Position numbers and translations under genes: made by a program. Under the pieces are notes generated by a model. It was not told the DNA's origin and searched no databases. It saw only the letters and a list, made by a program, of their open reading frames with translations. 64,000 nt of DNA from the human T2T-CHM13v2.0 reference genome, Homo sapiens. Positions 1 to 12,700 of this stretch are shown here, one piece after another. Within the stretch, counting starts at the first letter, position 1, and the number at the start of each line of letters is the position of its first letter. Location of the stretch: the NCBI RefSeq assembly GCF_009914755.1, contig NC_060933.1. One strand, given 5' to 3'.

Positions 1-714
1 TTGCCTTGCATTCCACTCGGATTGATTCCATTCCCTTCTTTCCACTCCATTACATTCCCTTCCATTCCACTCGGAATGATTGATTCCATTCCATTCCATT
101 CCATTTCATTCCATTGCAATCCATTCCAATCCATTCCATTATATTCCATTCCACTCGACTTGATTTCATTCCATTCCTTTCCATTCCATTCCACTCCTTT
201 CCACTCGAGTTGATTCCATTCCATTCCATTCCTTTGCATTCCATTCCATGCCATTCCACTCGGGTTGATTCCATTCCATTCCATTCCATTCCATTCCATT
301 CCATTCCATTGCATTCCATTCCATTCCTTTCCCCTGCACTCGGGTTGATTCCATTCCTTTCCATTCCATTTAATTCCATTCCATTCCATTCCATTCCATT
401 CCAATCCGTTCCATTCCATTCCATTCCATTCCATTGTACTCGGGTTGATTCCATTCCATTGCATTCTATTCCATTCCATTCCATTCCATTCCATTCCATT
501 CCATTCCATTCCGGATGATTCCATTCCATTGCATTCCATTCCATTCCATTCCCCTGCACTCGCATTGATTCCATTCCATTCCATTCCATTCCGTTCCATT
601 CCATTCCGTTCCGTTCCGTTCCGTTCCATTCCATTCCATTCCATTCCATTCCATTCCGTTCCGTTCCATTCCATTCCATTCCATTCTATTTGGGTTAATT
701 CCATTCCATTCCAT

Positions 715-728
715 TCGATTGCAATCGA
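715..728. other. Perfect 14-bp palindrome TCGATTGCAATCGA; representative of ~30 copies
   Basis: The sequence is its own reverse complement. Further copies at about 1124, 3002, 3820, 10269, 12950, 13788, 14631, 16873, 17462, 20923, 22452, 23216, 27465, 31409, 31902, 34853, 37533, 38956, 39270, 43770, 45291, 47602, 49035, 49359, 53849, 55385, 57437, 58116, 58491, 59349 and 61167. Confidence 0.9.
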
Positions 729-1389
729 GTTGATTCCATTCCATTCCATTCCATTCCATTCCATTCAATTCCATTCCGTTCCATTCCATTCCATTACATT
801 CGGATTGATTCTATTCAACTCCCTTACTCTCCATTACATTCCATTCTATTCGGGTTGTTCCATTCCATTCCATTCCATTCCACTCCATTCCATTGCACTC
901 GGGTTGATTCCATTCCATTCCATTCCATTCCGCAAGATTCCATTCCATTGCATTCCATTCCATTCCATTCCCCTGCACTCGCGTTGATTCCATTCCATTC
1001 CATTCCATTCCATTCCATTCTATTCCTTTCCGTTCCATTCCATTCCATTCCATTCCATTCCGTTCCTTTCCGTTCCATTCCATTCCAGTAGATTCTATTC
1101 GGGTTAATTCCATTCCATTCCATTCGATTGCAATCGAGTTGATTCCATTCCATTCCACTGCATTCCATTCCATTCCATTCCATTCCTTTCCATTCCATTA
1201 CGGATGATTCCATTCCATTGCATTCCATTCCATTCCATTCCCCTGTACTCGGGTTGATTCCATTCCATTCCATTCCAATCCATGCCATTCCACTCGTGTT
1301 GATTCCATTCTTTCCATTCCATTCAAGTTGAAACCATTCCATTGCATTCCATTCCATTTGATTCCATTCGATTTCACTCGGGTTGATTC

Positions 1390-4300
1390 CATGGCATTGC
1401 ATTCCATTCTATTCCATTCCATTCCATTCCATTCCTTTCCATTCCATTCCGTTCCTTTCCATTTAATTCCATTCCATTCTATTCGGGTTAATTCCATTCC
1501 ATTCCATTCCATTCCATTCCATTCCATTCCATTCCAATCGAGTTGATTCCATTCCATTCCATTCCATTCCACTCCATTCCAGTCCTTTCCATTCCATTCC
1601 ACTCGGGTTGATTCCAATGTATTCCTTTCCATTCCATTCCATTCCATTGCAATCGAGTTGATTCCATTGCTTTGCATTCCATTCCATTCCATTCCATTCC
1701 GGATGATTCCATTCCATTGCATTCCATTCCATTCCATTCCCCTGCACTCGGGTTGATTCCATTCCATTCCACTCCATTCCGTTCCATTCCATTCCATTCC
1801 GCTGTATTCGGGTTAATTCCATTCCATTCCCTTCAATTCCATTCCATTCCAATCCATTACAATCGAGTTGATTCCATTCCATTCCATTCCATTCCATTCC
1901 ATTCCATTCCAGTCATTTCCATTCCATTCCACTCGGGTTGATTCCATTCTATTAGTTTCCATTCCATTCCATTCCCTTCCATTCCACTCTGGTTGATTCC
2001 ATTCCTTTCCATTCCACTCGAATACGTTCCCTCCTATTCCACTCTGAACGATTCCATTCTATTCCATTCCATTCCATTCCATTTCGTTCCATTCCATTCT
2101 ATTCCGTACCATTCCATTCCATTCCATTCCTTTCCATTCCATTCCATTCCACTCGTGTTGATTCCATTCCTTTCCATTCCATTCGGTTTGAAGGCATTCC
2201 AATCCATTCCATTCCATTCCATTCCATTCCATTCCATTCCATTCCATTGTACTCGGGTTGATTCCATTCCATTGCATTCCATTCCATTCCATTCCATTCC
2301 ATTCCGTTGCATTCCATTCCATTACATTCGGATTGATTCTATTCAACTCCCTTACTCTCCATTCCATTCCATTCCATTCGGGTTGTTCCATTCCATTCCA
2401 TTCCATTCCACTCCTTTCCATTGCACTCGGGTTGATTCCATTACATTCCATCCCATTCCATTCCGGATGATTCCATTCCATTGCATTCCGTTCCATTACA
2501 TTCACCTGCACTCGCGTTGATTCCATTCCATTCCATTCCATTCCATTCAATTCCATTCCATTACAATTCGTTCCATTCCATTCTATTCCGTACTATTCCA
2601 TTCCATTCCATACCATTCCATTCCATTCCATTCCATTCCATTCCATTCCATTCCATTCCATTCCGTTCCATTCCGTTCCATTCCATTCCATTCCATTCTA
2701 TTCGGGTTAATTCCATTCCATTCCATTCCATTCCATTCTATTCCATTCCATTGCAATCGAGTTGAATCCATTGCATTTCATTCCATTCCATTCCATTCCA
2801 TTCCGGAAGATTCCATTCCATTGCATTCCATTCCATTCCATTCCCCTACACTCGCGTTGATTCCATGCCATTCCGTTCCATTCCATTCCATTCCATTCCG
2901 TTCCGTTCCGTTCCATTCCATTCCATTCCATTCCATTCCATTCCGTTCCGTTCCATTCCATTCCATTCCATTCTATTTGGGTTAATTCCATTCCATTCCA
3001 TTCGATTGCAATCGAGTTGATTCCATTCCATTCCATTCCATTCCATTCCTTTCCATTCCATTACGGATGATTCCATTCCATTGCATTCCATTCCATTCCA
3101 TTCCCCTGTACTCGGGTTGATTCCATTCCATTCCATTCCAATCCATGCCATTCCACTCGTGTTGATTCCATTCTTTCCATTCCATTCAAGTTGAATCCAT
3201 TCCATTGCATTGCATTCCATTCGATTCCATTCGATTGCACTCTTGTTGATTCCATTCCATTCCATTCCATTCCATTCCATTCCATTCCATTCCGTTCCAT
3301 TCCATTCCATTACATTCAGATTGATTCTATTCAATTCCCTTACACTCCATTACATTCCATTCCATTCTGGTAGTTTCCATTCCATTCCATTCCATTCCTC
3401 TCCATTCCATTGCACTCGGGTTGATTCCATTCCATTGCATTCCATTCCATTCCATTGAATTCCATTCCGTTCCATTCCATTCCATTACATTCGGAATGAT
3501 TCTATTCAACTCCCTTACTCTCCATTACATTCCATTCCATTCGGGTTGTTCCATTCCATTCCATTCCATTCCACTCCATTCCATTGCACTCGGGTTGATT
3601 CCATTCCATTCCATTCCATTCCATTCCGGAAGATTCCATTCCATTGCATTCCATTACATTCCATTCCCCTGCACTCGCGTTGATTCCATTCCATTCCATT
3701 CCATTCCATTCCTTTCCGTTCCATTCCATTCCATTCCATTCCATTCCGTTCCGTTCCGTTCCGTTCCGTTCCATTCCATTCCATTCCATTCTATTCGGGT
3801 TAATTCCATTCCATTCCATTCGATTGCAATCGAGTTGATTCCATTCCATTCCATTCCATTCCATTCCATTCCATTCCATTCCTTTCCATTCCATTACTGA
3901 TGATTCCATTCCATTGCATTCCATTCCATTCCATTCCCCTGTACTCGGGTTCATTCCATTCCATTCCATTCCAATCCATGCCATTCCACTCGTGTTGATT
4001 CCATTCTTTCCATTCCATTCAAGTTGAATCCATTCCATTGCATTCCATTCCATTCCATTCCCCTGCAGTCGGGTTGATTCCATTCCATTCCATTCCATTC
4101 CATTCCATTTCATTCCGTTCCGTTCCATTTAATTCCATTCCATTCTATTCGGGTTAATTCCATTCCATTCCATTCCATTCCATTCCATTCCAATCGAGTT
4201 GATTCCATTCCATTCCATTCCATTCCATTCCACTCCATTCCAGTCCTTTCCATTCCATTCCACTCGGGTTGATTCCAATGTATTCCTTTCCAGTCCATTC

Positions 4301-4770
4301 CATTCCATTGCAATCGAGTTGATTCCATTGCTTTGCATTCCATTCCATTCCATTCCATTCCGGCTGATTCCATTCCATTGCATTCCATTCCATTCCATTC
4401 CATTCCCCTGCACTCGGGTTGATTCCATTCCATTCCACTCCATTCCGTTCCATTCCATTCCATTCCATTGTATTTGGGTTAATTCCATTCCATTCCATTC
4501 CATTCCATTCCATTCCATTCCAGTCCTTTCCATTCCATTCCACTCGGGTTGATTCCATTCTATTAGTTTCCATTCCATTCCATTCCCTTCCATTCCACTC
4601 TGGTTGATTCCATTCCTTTCCAATCCACTCGAATACATTCCCTCCTATTCCACTCGGAACGATTCCATTAAATTCCATTCCATTCCATTCAATTCCATTT
4701 CTTTCCATTCCATTCTATTCCATACCATTCCATTCCATTCGATTGCATTCCATTCCATTCCATTCCATTC
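1390..4770 (+). repeat. Dispersed paralogous block, collinear with ~29990-32910
   Basis: Shared rare variants in the same order: AATCCATTACAATCG 1851/30394, GAATACGTTCC 2020/30568, CGTACTATTCC 2589/31008, CCCCTACACTCGCG 2843/31251, GCACTCTTGTTG 3237/31654, CGGGTTCATTCC 3946/32028, CAATCCACTCGAATAC 4621/32763. Confidence 0.8.
2800..2814. promoter_or_regulatory. Perfect three-unit heat-shock element consensus (nTTCn-nGAAn-nTTCn); representative of ~30 copies in the window
   Basis: aTTCc gGAAg aTTCc. Other intact copies start at about 3623, 5336, 7914, 9296, 12773, 13591, 16696, 17265, 19438, 20716, 22260, 23004, 24791, 27288, 31208, 33544, 36478, 37326, 40743, 44261, 45114, 47400, 54340, 55198, 56996, 57909, 59132, 60965 and 62828. 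This is a motif match only; binding is not shown. Confidence 0.6.
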
Positions 4771-6255
4771 CACTCGTGTTGATTCCATTCCTTTCCATTC
4801 CATTCGGTTTGAAGCCATTCCATTCCATTCCATTCCATTCCATTCCATTCCATTCCATTCCATTGTACTCGGGTTGATTCCATTCAATTGCATTCCATTC
4901 CATTCCATTCCATTCCGTTCCATTCCATTCCATTACATTCGGATTGATTCTATTCAACTCCCTTACTCAACATTACATTCCATTCCATTCGGGTTGTTCC
5001 ATTCCATTCCATTCCATTCCCCTCCATTCCATCGCACTCGGGTTGATTCCATTCCATTCCATTCCATTCCATTCCGTTCCGGATGATTCCATTCCATTAC
5101 ATTCTTTTCCATTACATTCCCCTGCACTCGCGTTGATTCCATTCCATTCCATTCCATTCCCCACCATTCCATTCCATTCCATTCCATTCCATTCCATTCC
5201 ATTCCGTTCCGTTCCATTCCGTTCCATTCCATTCCATTCTATTCGGGTTAATTCCATTCCATTCCATTCCATTCCACTCTATTCCATTCCATTGCAATCG
5301 AGTTGAATCCATTGCATTCCATTCCATTCCATTCCATTCCGGAAGATTCCATTTCATTGCATTCCATTACATTCCATTCCCCTGCACTCGCGTTGATTCC
5401 ATTCCATTCCATTCCATTCGGATTCATTCTATTCAATTCCCTTACACTCCATTACATTCCATTCGATTCGTGTAGTTTCCATTCCATTCCATTCCATTCC
5501 TCTCCATTCCATTGCACTCGGGTTGATTCCATTCCATTCCATTCCATTCCATTCCATTCCATTCCATTCCGGATGATTCCGTTCCATTGAATTCCATTCC
5601 ATTCCATTCCCCTGCACTTGGGTTGATTCCATTCCATTCCATTCCATTCCTTTCTGTTCCATTCAATTCCATTCCATTCCATTCTATTCGTGTTAATTCC
5701 ATTCCATTCTATTCCATTCCATTCCATTGAAATCGAGTTGATTCCATTCCATTCCATTCCATTCCATTCCATTCCATTCCATTCCTTTCCATTCCGGATG
5801 ATTCCATTCCATTGCATTCCATTCCATTCCATTCCCCTGCACTCGGGTTGATTCCATTCCATTCCATTCCATTACATTCCATTCCATTCCGTTCCATTTC
5901 ATTCTATTCGGGTTAATTCCATTCCATTCCATTCCACTCCATTCCAGTCCTTTCCATTCCATTCCACTCGGGATGATTCCATTCTATTCCTTTCAATTCC
6001 ATTCCATTCCATTGCAATCGAGTTGATTCCATTCGAGATGAATCCATTCCATTCCATTCCATTGCACACGGGTTCATTCCATTCCATTCCATTCCATTCC
6101 ATTCCATTCCATTCCATTTCATTCCATTCCATTCTATTCCATACCATTCCATTCCATCCCATTCCATTCCGTTCCATTCCATGCCATTACACTCGGGTTG
6201 ATTCCATTCCTTTCCATTCCATTCTTGTTGAATCCATTCCATTCCATTCCATTCC

Positions 6256-6743
6256 ATTCGAATCCATTCCATTGCACTCGGGTTGATTCCATTCCATTCC
6301 ATTCCATTCCATTTCATTCCATTAAATTCCATTACATTCGGATTGATTCTATTCAATTCCCTTACACTCCATTATATTCCATTCCATTCGGGATGTTTCC
6401 ATTCCATTCCATTCCATTCCACTCCATTCCATTTCATCAGGTTGATTGCATTCCATTCCATTCCATTCCATTCCGGATGATTCCATTCCATTCCATTCCA
6501 TTCGAATCCATTCCATTGCACTCGGGTTGATTCCATTCCATTCCATTCCATTCCATTTCATTCCATTAAATTCCATTACATTCGGATTGATTCTATTCAA
6601 TTCCCTTACACTCCATTATATTCCATTCCATTCGGGATGTTTCCATTCCATTCCATTCCATTCCACTCCATTCCATTGCATCAGGTTGATTGCATTCCAT
6701 TCCATTCCATTCCATTCCGGATGATTCCATTCCATTGCATTCC
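6256..6743 (+). repeat. 244-bp local tandem duplication (2 copies)
   Basis: ATTCGAATCC at 6256 and 6500, ATTAAATTCC at 6321 and 6565, GGATGTTTCC at 6391 and 6635, CATCAGGTTG at 6436 and 6679-6680. Offset is about 244 throughout. Confidence 0.9.
6391..6401 (-). promoter_or_regulatory. TonE/NFAT5 consensus match TGGAAANNYNY (TGGAAACATCC); representative copy
   Basis: GGATGTTTCCA on + at 6391, 6635, 15527, 18184, 25676, 26345, 28606, 29180 and 63743. GGAAGTTTCCA (TGGAAACTTCC on -) at 16701, 43598, 53677 and 57001. Motif match only. Confidence 0.35.
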
Positions 6744-9700
6744 ATTCCATTCCATTCCCCTGCACTCGGGTTGATTCCATTCCATTCCATTCCATTCCAT
6801 TCCATTCCGTTCCATTCCATTCCATTCCATTCTATTCCGGTTAATTCCATTCCATTCCATTCCATTCCATTCCATTCCATTCCATTCCATTCCATTGCAA
6901 TCAAGTTGATTCCATTCCATTCCATTCCATTCCGTTCCGGATGATTCCATTCCATTCCATTCTATTCCATTCCATTCCATTCCATTCCATTCCATTCCCC
7001 TGCAGTCGGGTTGATTCCATTCCATTCCATTCCATTCCATTCCATTCCATTCCGTTCCATTCCATTCCATTCCATTCTATTCGGGTTAATTCCATTCCAT
7101 TCCATTCCATTCCATTCCATTAGATTCCATTCCAATCGAGTTGATTCCATTCCATTCCATTCCATTCCATTCCACTCCATTCCAGTCCTTTCCATTCCAT
7201 TACACTCGGGTTGATTCAATTCTATTCCTTTCCATTCCATTCCATTCCATTGCAATCGAGTTGATTCCATTGCTTTGCATTCCATTCCATTCCATTCCAT
7301 TCCGGATGATTCCATTCCATTGCATTCCATTCCATTCCATTCCCTTGCACTCGGGTTGATTCCATTCCATTCCACTCCATTCCGTTCCATTCCATTCCAT
7401 TCCATTGTATTCGGGTTAATTCCATTCCATTCCATTCCATTCCATTCCATTCCATTCCATTCCATTACAATCGAGTTGGTTCCACTCCATTCCATTCCAT
7501 TCCATTCCATTCCATTCCAGTCCTTTCCATTCCTTTCCACTCGGGTTGATTCCATTCTATTAGTTTCCATTCCATTCCATTCCCTTCCATTCCACTCTGG
7601 TTGATTCCATTCCTTTCCATTCCACTCGAATACATTCCCTCCTATTCCACTCGGAACGATTCCATTCCATTCCATTCCATTCCATTCCATTCCAGTTCGT
7701 TCGATTCCATTCTATTCCATACCATTCCATTCTATTCCATTCCTTTCCATTCCATTCCTTTCCACTCGTGTTGATTCCATTCCTTTCCATTCCATTCGGT
7801 TTGAAGGCATTCCATTCCATTCAATTCCATTCCATTCCATTCCATTCCATTCCATTCTATTCCATTCCATTGCCATCGAGTTGAATCCATTGCCTTTCAT
7901 TCCATTCCATTCCATTCCGGAAGATTCCATTGCATTGCATTCCATTCCATTCCATTCCCCTGCAGTCGCGTTGATTCCATTCCATTCCATTCCATTCCAT
8001 TCCGTTCCGTTCCATTCCATTCCATTCCATTCCATTCCATTCCATTCCATTCCGTTCCGTTCCATTCCATTCCATTCCATTCTATTCGGGTTAATTCCAT
8101 TCCATTCCATTCGATTGCCATCGAGTTGATTCCATTCCATTCCATTCCATTCCATTCCATTCCATTCCATTCCACTCCATTCGGTTCCGTTGCATTCCAT
8201 TATATTGGATTCCATTCTATTCGGTTTAATTCCATTCCATTCTATTCCATTCCATTCCATTCCATTCCATTGCAATGGAGTTGATTCCATTCCATTCCAT
8301 TCCATTCCGGATGATTCCATTCCATTGCATTCCATTCCATTCCATTCCCCTGCACTCGTGTTGATTCCATTCCCTTCCCTTCCATTCCATTCCGTTCCAT
8401 TCCATTCCATTCCATTCTATTCCGGTTAATTCCATTCCATTCCATTCCATTCCATTGCAATCGAGTTGATTCCATTCCAATCCTTTCCATTCCATTCCAT
8501 TGCCTTGCATTCCACTCGGGTTGATTCCATTCCCTTCTTTCCACTCTATTACATTCCCTTCCATTCCACTCGGAATGATTGATTCCATTCCATTCCATTC
8601 CATTTCATTCCATTGCAATCCATTCCAATCCATTCCATTCCATTCCATTCCACTCGAGTTGACTTCATTCCATTCCTTTCCATTCCATTCCATTCCTTTC
8701 CACTCGAGTTGATTCCATTCCATTCCATTCAATTGCATTCCATTCCATGCCATTCCACTCGGGTTGATTCCATTCCTTTGCATTCCATTCCATTCCATTC
8801 CATTCCATTCCATTCCATTCCGTTGCATTCCATTCCATTACATTCGGATTGATTCTATTCAACTCCCTTACTGTCCATTACATTCCATTCCATTCGGGTT
8901 GTTCCATTCCATTCCATTCCATTCCACTCCATTCCATTGCACTCGTGTTGAATCCATTCCATTCCATTCCTTTCCATTCCATTCCATTCCGGATGATTCC
9001 ATTCCATTGCATTCCGTTCCATTACATTCCCCTGCACTCGCGTTGATTCCATTCCATTCCATTCCATTCCATTCAATTCCATTGCATTACACTTCGTTCC
9101 ATTCCATTCTATTCCGTACCATTCCATTCCATTCCATACCATTCCATTCCATTCCATTCCATTCCCTTCCGTTCCATTCCGTTCCATTCCATTCCATTCT
9201 ATTCGGGTTAATTCCATTCCATTCTATTCCATTCCATTCTATTCCATTCCATTGCAATCGAGTTGAATCGACTGCATTTCATTCCATTCCATTCCATTCC
9301 GGAAGATTCCATTCCATTGCATTCCATTCCATTCCATTCCCCTGCACTCGCGTTGATTCCATTCCATTCCATTCCATTCCATTCCGTTGCGTTCCATTCC
9401 ATTCCATTCCATTCCATTCCATTCCGTTCCGTTCCATTCCATTCCATTCCATTCTATTCGGGTTAATTCCATTCCATTCCATTCGATTGCCATCGAGTGG
9501 ATTCCATTCCATTCCATTCCATTCCATTCCATTCCATTCCTTTCCATTCCATTACGGATGACTCCATTCCATTGCATTCCATTCCATTCCATTCCCCTGT
9601 ACTCGGGTAGATTCCATTCCATTCCATTCCACTCCATTCGGTTCCGTTGCATTCCATTCTATTGCATTCGATTCTATTCGGGTTAATTCCATTCCATTCT

Positions 9701-12700
9701 ATTCCATTCCATTCCATTCCATTCCATTGCAATGGAGTTGATTCCATTCCATTCCATTCCATTCCGGATGATTCCATTCCATTGCATTCCATTCCATTCC
9801 ATTCCCCTGCACTCGTGTTGATTCCATTCCCTTCCATTCCATTCCATTCCGTTCCATTCCATTCCATTCCATTCTATTCCGGTTAATTCCATTCCATTCC
9901 ATTCCATTCCATTCCATTCCATTACAATCTAGTTGATTCCATTCCATTCCTTTCCATTCCATTCCATTGCCTTGCATTCCACTCGGGTTGATTCCATTCC
10001 CTTCTTTACACTCCATTACATTCCCTTCCATGATTGATTCCATTCCATTCCATTCCATTTCATTCCATTGCAATCCATTCCAATCCATTCCATTCCATTC
10101 CATTCCATTCAATTCCATTCCATTACAATTCGTTCCATTCCATTCTATTCCGTACCATTCCATTCCATTCCATACCATTCCATTCCATTCCATTCCATTC
10201 CATTCCGTTCCATTCCGTTCCATTCCATTCCATTCCATTCTATTTGGGTTAATTCCATTCCATTCCATTCGATTGCAATCGAGTTGATTCCATTCCATTG
10301 CATTCCATTCCATTCCATTCCATTCCATTCCATTCCTTTCCATTCCATTACGGATGATTCCATTCCATTGCATTCCATTCCATTCCATTCCCCTGTACTC
10401 GGGTTGATTCCATTCCATTCCATTCCAATCCATGCCATTCCACTCGTGTTGATTCCATTCTTTCCATTCCATTCAAGTTGAATCCATTCCATTGCATTCC
10501 ATTCCATTCCATTCCCCTGCAGTCGGGTTGATTCCATTCCATTCAATTCCATTCCATTCCATTCCATTCCAATCAAGTTGATTCCATTCCATTCCATTCC
10601 ATTGCATTCCATTCCATTCCACTCCATTCCAGTCCTTTCCATTCATTCCACTCAGGTTGACTCCAATGTATTCCTTTCCATTCCATTCCATTCCACTGCA
10701 ATCGAGTTGATTCCATTGCTTTGCATTCCATTCCATTCCATTCCATTCCGGATGATTCCATTCCATTGCATTCCATTCCATTCCATTCCCCTGCACTCGG
10801 GTTGATTCCATTCCATTCCCCTCCATTCCATTCCTTTCCATTCCATTCCATTGTATTCGGGTTAATTCCATTCCATTCCATTCCATTCCATTCCATTCCA
10901 TTCCATTACAATCGAGTTGATTCCATTCCATTCCATTCCATTCCAGTCCTTTCCATTCCATTCCACTCTGGTTGATTCCATTCTATTAGTTTCCATTCCA
11001 TTCCATTCCCTTCCATTGTATTCGGGTTAATTCCATTCCATTCCATTCCATTCCATTCCATTCCATTCCATTCCATTCCATTACAATCGAGTTGATTCCA
11101 TTCCATTCCATTCCATTCCAGTCCTTTCCATTCCATTCCACTCGGGTTGATTCCATTCTATTAGTTTCCATTCCATTCCATTCCCTTCCATTCCACTCTT
11201 GTTGATTCCATTCCTTTCCATTCCACTCGAATACATTCCCTCCTATTCCACTCGGAACGATTCCATTCCATTCCATTCCATTCCATTCCATTCCATTCCA
11301 TTCCATTTCGTTCCATTCCATTCTATTCCGTATCATTCCATTCCATTCCATTCCATTAAATTCCATTCCATTCCATTGTACTCAGGTTGATTCCATTCCA
11401 TTGCCTTCCATTCCATTCCATTCCATTCCATTCCGTTGCATTCCATTCCATTACATTCGAATTGATTCTATTCAACTCCCTTACTCTCCATTACATTCCA
11501 TTCCATTCGGGTTGTTCCATTCCATTCCATTCCATTCCACTCCATTCCATCGCACTCGGGTTGATTCCATTCCATTCCATTCCATTCCATTCCATTCCAT
11601 TCCATTCCATTCCGGATGATTCCATTCCATTGCATTCCATTCCATTCCATTCCCCTGCACTCGGGTTGATTCCATTCCATTCCACTCCATTGCATTCCAT
11701 TCCATTCCATTCCATTGTATTCGGGTTAATTCCATTCCATTCCATTCCATTCCATTCCATTCCATTCCAATCGAGTTGATTCCATTCCATTCAATTCCAT
11801 TCCAGTCCTTTCCATTCCATTCCACTCGGGTTGATTCCATTCTATTTGTTTCCATTCCATTCCATTCCCTTCCATTGTATTCGGGTTAATTCCATTCCAT
11901 TCCATTCCATTCCATTCCATTCCATTCCATTACAAACGAGTTGATTCCATTCCATTCCATTCCATTCCAGTCCTTTCCATTCCATTCCACTCGGGTTGAT
12001 TCCATTCTATTAGTTTCCATTCCATTCCATTCCCTTCCATTCCACTCTGGTTGATTCCATTCCTTTCCATTCCACTCGAATACTTTCCCTCCTATTCCAC
12101 TCGGAACGATTCCATTCCATTCCATTCCATTCCTTTCCATTCAATTCCATTTCGTTCCATTCCATTCTATTCCGTATCATTCCATTCCATTCCATTCCAT
12201 TCCATTCCATTCCATTCCATTCCATTCCATTGTACTCGGGTTGATTCCATTCCATTGCATTCCATTCCATTCCATTCCATTCCATTCCATTCCGTTGCAT
12301 TCCATTCCATTACATTCGGATTGATTCTATTCAACTCCCTTACTCTCCATTACATTCCATTCCATTCGGGTTGTTCCATTCCATTCCATTCCATTCCACT
12401 CCATTCCATTGCACTCGGGTTGATTCCATTCCATTCCATTCCATTCCATTCCGGATGATTCCATTCCATTGCATTCCGTTCCATTACATTCCCCTGCACT
12501 CGCGTTGATTCCATTCCATTCCATTCCATTCCATTCAATTCCATTCCATTACAATTCGTTCCATTCCATTCTATTCCGTACCATTCCATTCCATTGCTTA
12601 CCATTCCATTCCATTCCATTCCATTCCATTCCGTTCCATTCCGTTCCATTCCATTCCATTCCATTCTATTCGGATTAATTGCATTCCATTCCATTTCATT

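Noticed and set aside
4652-4666. ACTCGGAACGATTCC and similar GAA-containing variants as additional HSEs
   Set aside because: GAA and TTC are separated by 3 bp instead of 2, so they are out of phase for an HSE.
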